From the NCBI RefSeq assembly GCF_000354175.2, contig NC_022349.1:1920001-1952000 (forward strand): 32,000 nt of DNA. The letters are read 5' to 3'. Origin of the DNA: Vibrio alginolyticus NBRC 15630 = ATCC 17749 (GTDB lineage: Bacteria > Pseudomonadota > Gammaproteobacteria > Enterobacterales > Vibrionaceae). A model generated the notes under the pieces. It saw only the letters and a list, made by a program, of their open reading frames with translations, was not told the origin of the DNA and did no database searches. This document shows, one piece after another, positions 26,162-32,000 of this stretch. Every line of letters begins with the position of its first letter. Within the stretch, counting starts at the first letter, position 1. Both the position numbers and the translations under genes were made by a program.

Positions 26162-29100
26162 TTAACCATTAATGTTTGGCCCTAACCATTTTTCAGCCTC
26201 GATCCTATCCCACCCCTTACGATCGGCGTAACTCTCTAGCTGATCTTCTTGGATCTGTGCGATCGCAAAGTAACGTGAGTCAGGATGAGAGAAGTACCAA
26301 CCAGATACTGACGCACCCGGATACATTGCATAGCTGGAGGTTAGAGTCATGCCAATATTCTCTTCCACATTAAGTAGCTCCCAAAGCGGTCCTTTTTCAG
26401 TATGCTCAGGGCACGCTGGATAACCTGGTGCAGGGCGAATACCTTGGTATTTTTCACGAATGAGATCATCGTTAGATAAATCTTCATCCGCAGCATAACC
26501 CCAAATTTCTTTACGGACACGCTCATGCAAATACTCAGCAAACGCTTCGGCTAGGCGATCCGCCACCGCTTGAATCATAATTGCGTTGTAATCATCTCCC
26601 TGTGCTTTGTATTCATCAGCAAGCTCTCGTTCACCAATACCACCAGTGACAGCAAATGCCCCTATCCAATCATGTTTACCCGACTCTTTAGGTGCGATGT
26701 AGTCGGATAAACAATAGTTGAATCCTTTTGGTTTCTCGGTCTGTTGTCGCAAGTTACGTAATACTTTCACAACGTCGGTACGAGTTTCATCAGCATAAAC
26801 TTCAATGTCGTCCCCCACGCTCGCAGCAGGGAATAAGCCACACATTCCACGCGCTTTTAACAGGCCTTCTCGCTCAACTCGATCAAGTAACTCGTTGGCA
26901 TCTTCGAATAAACGTTTTGCTTCTTCACCAACTTCTTCATGTTGGAAAATTGTTGGATACTTACCCACAAGTGACCAAGTCATAAAGAATGGTGTCCAAT
27001 CGATGTATTGACGTAATATAGCCACATCAAAATCATCGAAGATATGAATGCCAGGCTTAACAGGCACTGGAGGAGTATAAGCTTCCCAATCGATAGCAAC
27101 TTTATTCGCTCGAGCAGCTTCTAATGTCACTGGTTTGGTTCTCGGTTTCTTTCGATTATGTTGATCACGTACTCGTTCGTAATCAGCTTCAAGTTTTTCA
27201 ACAAATTCAGGGCGACGTTCATCTGACAGAAGAGAAGTACATACGCCCACTGCACGTGAGGCGTTGTTCACGTAAACCACTGGATGCTTGTAATTTTGCT
27301 CAATCTTAACTGCTGTATGGGCTTTTGACGTTGTTGCGCCACCGATGAGAAGAGGTAAGTTAAAGTCGAGACGCTCCATCTCTTTTGCAACATGCACCAT
27401 TTCGTCTAATGAAGGTGTGATCAACCCTGATAAACCAATAATATCGACGTTCTCTTCTTGCGCTACTTTTAAGATCTTTTCGCAAGGAACCATGACACCA
27501 AGATCGATAATTTCGTAGTTATTGCACTGCAATACAACGCCAACGATATTTTTCCCGATATCATGTACATCACCTTTGACCGTCGCTAGCAAAATCTTAC
27601 CGTTTGTTTGTCCCACCTGCTTTTCTGCATTGATGTAGGGCTCCAGATGCGCGACTGCTTGCTTCATCACTCGTGCAGATTTTACGACTTGAGGAAGGAA
27701 CATTTTACCTTCACCAAACAAATCTCCGACGACGTTCATCCCATCCATGAGTGGGCCTTCAATCACCTCTAATGGCTTTGAAGCATTGACACGTGCCTCT
27801 TCGGTATCATCAACGATAAACTCGGTTATTCCTTTCACTAACGCGTGTTCTAAACGCTTTTCAACAGGCCAAGTTCTCCACTCAAGTGCAGAGGCATCCT
27901 CCTCTTTACCTACCCCTTTGCCTGCGTATTCCGCCGCGATATCTAACAACCTCTCAGTGGCATCATCGCGACGGTTAAGAACGACATCTTCCACAGCCTC
28001 ACGCAATTTTTCAGGCACGTTATCGTAGATTTCTAACTGACCCGCATTCACAATCCCCATATCCATACCGTTTTTAAAACAGTGGTAGAGGAACACCGCG
28101 TGAATCGCTTCACGTACATAGTTATTGCCACGGAAAGAGAATGAGACGTTAGAAACACCACCCGAGATCATCGCGTGTGGTAAATCACGTTTGATATCGC
28201 CAACGGCTTCAATGAAATCCACCGCGTAGTTATTATGCTCCTCGATCCCCGTAGCAATGGCAAAAATGTTTGGGTCAAAAATGATGTCTTCTGGTGGAAA
28301 GCCCACTTCATCAACAAGAATTCGGTAAGCGTTGGTACAAATTTCTACTTTGCGCTCACGTGTATCTGCTTGCCCAATCTCATCAAACGCCATCACAATC
28401 ACAGCCGCACCGTAACGGCGGATCAACTTAGCTTGTTCAACGAATTTCTCTTTGCCTTCTTTGAGAGAGATCGAGTTAACAATGCCTTTTCCTTGGATGC
28501 ACTTAAGACCGGCTTCAATAACCTCCCACTTGGAAGAGTCAACCATGATTGGTACTTTGGATATTTCAGGTTCTGACGCACAAAGGTTTAAAAATCGAAC
28601 CATACAAGCTTGTGCATCCAACATGCCTTCATCCATGTTGATATCGATAATTTGAGCGCCATTTTCAACTTGTTGACGAGCCACATCGAGCGCTTCGTCG
28701 TACAGTTCTTCTTTAATCAAGCGCTTAAAACGCGCAGAACCAGTTACATTCGTACGCTCACCGACATTGATGAATAAAGAGTCTTTATCAATGGCGAGCG
28801 GCTCTAAGCCAGACAAGCGACAAGCAACGGGAAGTTCAGGTAATTGACGAGGGGCGATATTTTCAACCGCGAGTGCCATTTGGCGAATGTGCTCAGGAGT
28901 TGTACCACAACACCCACCAATCAAGTTTAAAAAGCCGCTTTGAGCCCACTCTTTAACATGCTTAGCCATATCTTCTGGCGACAAATCGTATTCGCCGAAT
29001 GCATTCGGAAGCCCAGCATTTGGGTGAGCGGAAACAAAAGATTCTGATATACGCGAGAGCTCTTCAACATAAGGACGCAGTTCATCCGGGCCAAGTGCAC

Positions 29101-29842
29101 AGTTCAAACCAAACGAAATCGGTTTAACATGACGTAATGAGTTGTAAAACGCTTCTGTGGTTTGACCGGATAATGTTCTACCGGAAGCATCAGTAATAGT
29201 CCCCGAGATCATCACAGGTAACTCAATACCCATATCTTCAAACACACTTTCAACAGCAAATGAACAAGCCTTAGCGTTAAGAGTATCGAAGATGGTCTCG
29301 ATAAGAATAAGATCAGAACCACCTTTAATCAGCGCTCGAGTCGATTCAGAGTAAGCCTCAACTAACTCGTCGAAAGAAACATTTCGATATCCAGGGTCGT
29401 TTACATCAGGAGAGATAGAACAAGTGCGGTTCGTCGGCCCTAAAACCCCTGCGACATAACGCGGTTTATCGGGTGTTTTTGCGGTCCATTCGTCTGCAAC
29501 TTCACGTGCAAGCTTGGCAGCTGCAAAGTTAATTTCTTCACTTAGGCTTTCCATCTCGTAGTCAGCCATCGCAATGGTTGTTGCGTTAAAAGTGTTGGTC
29601 TCAAGAATATCTGCACCCGCTTCTAAATATGCAGCGTGAATTTCCTTGATAAGTTGAGGCTGACTTAGAACCAACAGGTCGTTGTTACCTTTTAGATCAC
29701 AATGCCAATCCGCAAAGCGCGTTCCTCGATAGTCTTGCTCTTCAAGTTTGTATCCCTGAATCATGGTTCCCATACCACCATCAATTAAAAGAATACGTTG
29801 CTTCAATTGAGCTTCAATCTGTTGTATTACGTTACTTCCCAC
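26162..29842 (-). CDS. metH: Cobalamin-dependent methionine synthase
   Basis: 1226 aa with a GTG start at 29842 ([29 protein letters not shown], compared with the E. coli MetH N-terminus). The B12-binding motif is [11 protein letters not shown]. All four modules (Hcy, pterin, B12, AdoMet) are present. Confidence 0.97.
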   Translation of the reverse strand: MGSNVIQQIEAQLKQRILLIDGGMGTMIQGYKLEEQDYRGTRFADWHCDLKGNNDLLVLSQPQLIKEIHAAYLEAGADILETNTFNATTIAMADYEMESLSEEINFAAAKLAREVADEWTAKTPDKPRYVAGVLGPTNRTCSISPDVNDPGYRNVSFDELVEAYSESTRALIKGGSDLILIETIFDTLNAKACSFAVESVFEDMGIELPVMISGTITDASGRTLSGQTTEAFYNSLRHVKPISFGLNCALGPDELRPYVEELSRISESFVSAHPNAGLPNAFGEYDLSPEDMAKHVKEWAQSGFLNLIGGCCGTTPEHIRQMALAVENIAPRQLPELPVACRLSGLEPLAIDKDSLFINVGERTNVTGSARFKRLIKEELYDEALDVARQQVENGAQIIDINMDEGMLDAQACMVRFLNLCASEPEISKVPIMVDSSKWEVIEAGLKCIQGKGIVNSISLKEGKEKFVEQAKLIRRYGAAVIVMAFDEIGQADTRERKVEICTNAYRILVDEVGFPPEDIIFDPNIFAIATGIEEHNNYAVDFIEAVGDIKRDLPHAMISGGVSNVSFSFRGNNYVREAIHAVFLYHCFKNGMDMGIVNAGQLEIYDNVPEKLREAVEDVVLNRRDDATERLLDIAAEYAGKGVGKEEDASALEWRTWPVEKRLEHALVKGITEFIVDDTEEARVNASKPLEVIEGPLMDGMNVVGDLFGEGKMFLPQVVKSARVMKQAVAHLEPYINAEKQVGQTNGKILLATVKGDVHDIGKNIVGVVLQCNNYEIIDLGVMVPCEKILKVAQEENVDIIGLSGLITPSLDEMVHVAKEMERLDFNLPLLIGGATTSKAHTAVKIEQNYKHPVVYVNNASRAVGVCTSLLSDERRPEFVEKLEADYERVRDQHNRKKPRTKPVTLEAARANKVAIDWEAYTPPVPVKPGIHIFDDFDVAILRQYIDWTPFFMTWSLVGKYPTIFQHEEVGEEAKRLFEDANELLDRVEREGLLKARGMCGLFPAASVGDDIEVYADETRTDVVKVLRNLRQQTEKPKGFNYCLSDYIAPKESGKHDWIGAFAVTGGIGERELADEYKAQGDDYNAIMIQAVADRLAEAFAEYLHERVRKEIWGYAADEDLSNDDLIREKYQGIRPAPGYPACPEHTEKGPLWELLNVEENIGMTLTSSYAMYPGASVSGWYFSHPDSRYFAIAQIQEDQLESYADRKGWDRIEAEKWLGPNING

Positions 29843-29892
29843 AGTACAGCCTCATTCCTTTAGTTATCTTTCCATCCTATCACACAAACTTC

Positions 29893-29916
29893 AGGAGTCT
29901 AGACGTCTAAACGTAG
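29893..29916. promoter_or_regulatory. Three tandem MetJ boxes in the metH / antiporter divergent region
   Basis: AGGAGTCT-AGACGTCT-AAACGTAG matches the 8-bp metbox consensus AGACGTCT at 6/8, 8/8 and 5/8 positions. The boxes are contiguous and lie 51-74 nt upstream of the metH GTG. Confidence 0.6.
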
Positions 29917-30033
29917 AATTAATGATTATTTTATCTCCTTCTTAACTTGCAAAATAATCACGAAAAAATGTTTGCTATTTAAGCAGCATCAGCCGAGAAT
30001 TCCATTCATAAAATGTTACAAATAGAGAGCTCT

Positions 30034-31365
30034 ATGTCGGTCTATCATACTTTATGTTTTCTATCCGCAGCTGCGATGCTAATTGCTTTTGTAAACAGCA
30101 AGATAGGAAAGATGCAAACCACCATTGCGATTACCGCAGGTTCAATGGTGCTTTCACTTCTAATCTTAATTGCGGGTCAAAACAACTGGTTCCATCTCAC
30201 CGAAATTGCGACGGAGACGGTCACAAGGATTAACTTCGAAGATTTCTTGCTCAAAGGCATTCTTGGCTTCTTACTATTTGCTGGTGGACTAGGCATCAAA
30301 CTCCCGAACCTTAAAGATCAGAAGTGGGAGATCACTGTTTTAGCCCTTGGAGCTACACTGTTTTCTACGTTCTTTATTGGATTTGCACTGTATGGGTTTT
30401 GTCAGTTAATTGGCATCCAATTTGATTTGGTCTACTGCTTACTATTTGGTGCTCTAATATCGCCAACTGACCCAATCGCTGTATTGGCTATTGTGAAAAA
30501 ACTAGATGCTCCTAAACGTATCTCCACTCAGATTGAAGGAGAATCGCTCTTCAATGATGGCTTCGGTTTGGTTATCTTCGTCACTCTATTTACGATTGCA
30601 TTTGGCACTGAGGCACCAACTGTAGGTAGTGTCACCTTGCTCTTCATCCAAGAAGCTATCGGTGGTATCATATATGGTTTCGTCCTCGGTTTGCTATTCC
30701 ACTACTTGATCAGTGCCACCGATGATCACTCAATGGAATTGTTACTTACCATTGGTGTCCCAACAGCAGGTTACGCATTTGCTGAATACATCCATGTATC
30801 AGGCCCACTCGCGATGGTTGTATCCGGTATTATGATTGGCAACTGGACACGCTTTATTGGCTTTTCAAAAGAGAGTGAAGATCACCTTGACCATTTTTGG
30901 GAGCTTGTTGATGAGTTCTTGAATGGCGTGTTATTCCTACTGATCGGCATGTCGATGCTGCTATTTGAATTCCACAAAGAAGACTGGATTATGATGGCTA
31001 TTTCAGTCCCTCTTGTACTAGCAGCTCGCTATTTAAGCGTATTTCTCTCGTACATTGGCTTTAAGCGTTACAGAAAATATAACCCGTGGTCAGTACGTAT
31101 TTTGACGTGGGGCGGCTTACGCGGGGGCCTTGCATTGGCAATGGCACTTTCCATTCCATCTGGTATTTGGGTGATTCAAGATAAGTTAATCGATGTAAAA
31201 GAGATTATTCTTGTAATGACCTACTCCGTCGTTGTTTTCTCTATCCTCATTCAAGGCTCAACAATCACCCCAATGATTGAAAAAGCAAAAGCAGAAGAGA
31301 AGAAGATGGAAGAGAATAACCAAGCAATAACCACTCCGGAACATACGGAGCCAGTGGACTCTTAA
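30034..31365 (+). CDS. CPA1-family Na+(K+)/H+ antiporter (NhaP-type)
   Basis: 443 aa from the ATG at 30034, with a GAGAG Shine-Dalgarno sequence upstream. The in-frame ATG at 30013 is also possible. The protein is polytopic. It has the CPA1 'ND' motif in GESLFNDGFGLVIF and a LRGG motif (TWGGLRGGLALAMAL). It occupies the VC0389 position. Confidence 0.85.
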   Translation: MSVYHTLCFLSAAAMLIAFVNSKIGKMQTTIAITAGSMVLSLLILIAGQNNWFHLTEIATETVTRINFEDFLLKGILGFLLFAGGLGIKLPNLKDQKWEITVLALGATLFSTFFIGFALYGFCQLIGIQFDLVYCLLFGALISPTDPIAVLAIVKKLDAPKRISTQIEGESLFNDGFGLVIFVTLFTIAFGTEAPTVGSVTLLFIQEAIGGIIYGFVLGLLFHYLISATDDHSMELLLTIGVPTAGYAFAEYIHVSGPLAMVVSGIMIGNWTRFIGFSKESEDHLDHFWELVDEFLNGVLFLLIGMSMLLFEFHKEDWIMMAISVPLVLAARYLSVFLSYIGFKRYRKYNPWSVRILTWGGLRGGLALAMALSIPSGIWVIQDKLIDVKEIILVMTYSVVVFSILIQGSTITPMIEKAKAEEKKMEENNQAITTPEHTEPVDS

Positions 31366-31385
31366 AGACACGTTACTTAATAGAT

Positions 31386-31412
31386 AAAAAGCAGCTACCT
31401 AGCTGCTTTTTT
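31386..31412 (+). terminator. Rho-independent terminator after the antiporter gene
   Basis: The stem is GCAGCT (31391-31396) and AGCTGC (31401-31406), followed by T6 and preceded by A5. Confidence 0.8.
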
Positions 31413-32000
31413 CATAACTAATTTTCAGACTCCCCTTCAAGGACGAATGCTCCTTATTCTTTGATATACCTTCAAATATACTAAGAATCGCTACGCTACA
31501 CTTTCATAGATACTAACTATTGCCGATAGATAGTATTCATAAACGAGTCTTTTAATTTGCCCATTTTCATCTGTATCACTTCTCTTCCCTTGGCAATATA
31601 GGCTCCTCGCAAACATCAAAGTTAAACTTCCACAATACTTAGCAATGAGCGAGTTTGTGTTTTTATGAGAAAGAGACATTTAGGGTGATTGCGTTCAGAA
31701 CCCAAACGGGTTAGAAACCTCACCGAGATAAAACTGAGCTAGCACCCAGGTAGCAAAGCCTTAACGGAAGTTTAAATCCCTTCCCTCTTGAACTCAGTGA
31801 GACTAAACTTGTATTCAAAGTCCTCCTGTTTTCAAATTAGAAACAAGCGACACCTCAAACAATTAAGCTCTGTCATATAACTAGATTTTCTAATATCGAA
31901 TAAAAGGAGCTTTGGTTAGAGCTTGGTATCGGAATAAGGCTAAGACTAAGGCACAGAGTTACATGCTAGCTCGTTCACGACGATATTAAAACCATGTGAA

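Noticed and set aside
25502-28655. Short ORFs lie inside or antisense to lysC and metH.
   Set aside because: They are nested in two genes with full-length, highly conserved translations.
31491-31679. A 62-aa minus-strand ORF lies in the right-hand tail.
   Set aside because: It has no Shine-Dalgarno sequence, no recognisable motif or TM helix, and contains an imperfect palindrome. It is more likely non-coding or a decayed remnant.
31683-31747. A tRNA-like 65-nt element lies on the minus strand. It has a GGGTGCT...ATCACCC terminal helix (6/7 pairs) and a TAGCTCAGTT D-loop-like block.
   Set aside because: At 65 nt it is too short. The D-stem partner (GAGC) is absent, and the anticodon stem forms at most 3 bp. 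The T-loop reads TTCTGAA rather than TTCRANY with a 5-bp stem. I do not call it a tRNA or tmRNA; it is kept only as a note within the right-end finding.
1-32000. I looked across the whole window for CRISPR repeats, IS or transposase genes, integrases, toxin-antitoxin pairs, retron or reverse-transcriptase genes, and defence-system signatures.
   Set aside because: No repeat-spacer periodicity was seen, and no ORF has transposase, integrase, nuclease-helicase or RT motifs. Every ORF longer than 100 aa is accounted for by the MSHA locus or housekeeping genes syntenic with V. cholerae.

Overview
This window appears to be core Vibrio chromosome, not an accessory island. By my recollection of the reference locus, its gene order matches V. 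cholerae N16961 VC0389-VC0414. Positions 1-15485 on the minus strand carry a complete MSHA (mannose-sensitive haemagglutinin) type IVa pilus locus. It comprises mshH/csrD, the secretory genes mshI-J-K-L-M-N-E-G-F, and the pilin operon (MshA-type major pilin, mshC-D-O-P, and the 5' part of mshQ, which runs off the left edge). To the right lie ssb(-), a QstR-like LuxR regulator(+), galU(+), uvrA(+, with a perfect LexA box), a PglL/O-antigen-ligase-family membrane protein(+), a class V aminotransferase(-), lysC(+, behind a clear lysine riboswitch), metH(-, with tandem MetJ boxes) and a CPA1 Na+/H+ antiporter(+). The window ends in about 590 bp of AT-rich sequence that I cannot annotate. I found no rRNA, convincing tRNA, CRISPR array, IS element, integrase or recognisable defence system. 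I cannot honestly claim a new multi-gene system here. The most unusual item is a stand-alone 77-aa helix-only 'mini-pilin' in a remodelled, AT-rich pilin-cassette segment (2771-3986); the reference locus has a second full-length pilin there. Secondary points are the PglL-like O-oligosaccharyltransferase candidate near the pilus locus with no promoter space of its own, direct MetJ boxes at metH, and the unexplained right-hand tail. All homology calls rest on motifs I read in the supplied translations plus remembered synteny. No database search was run.
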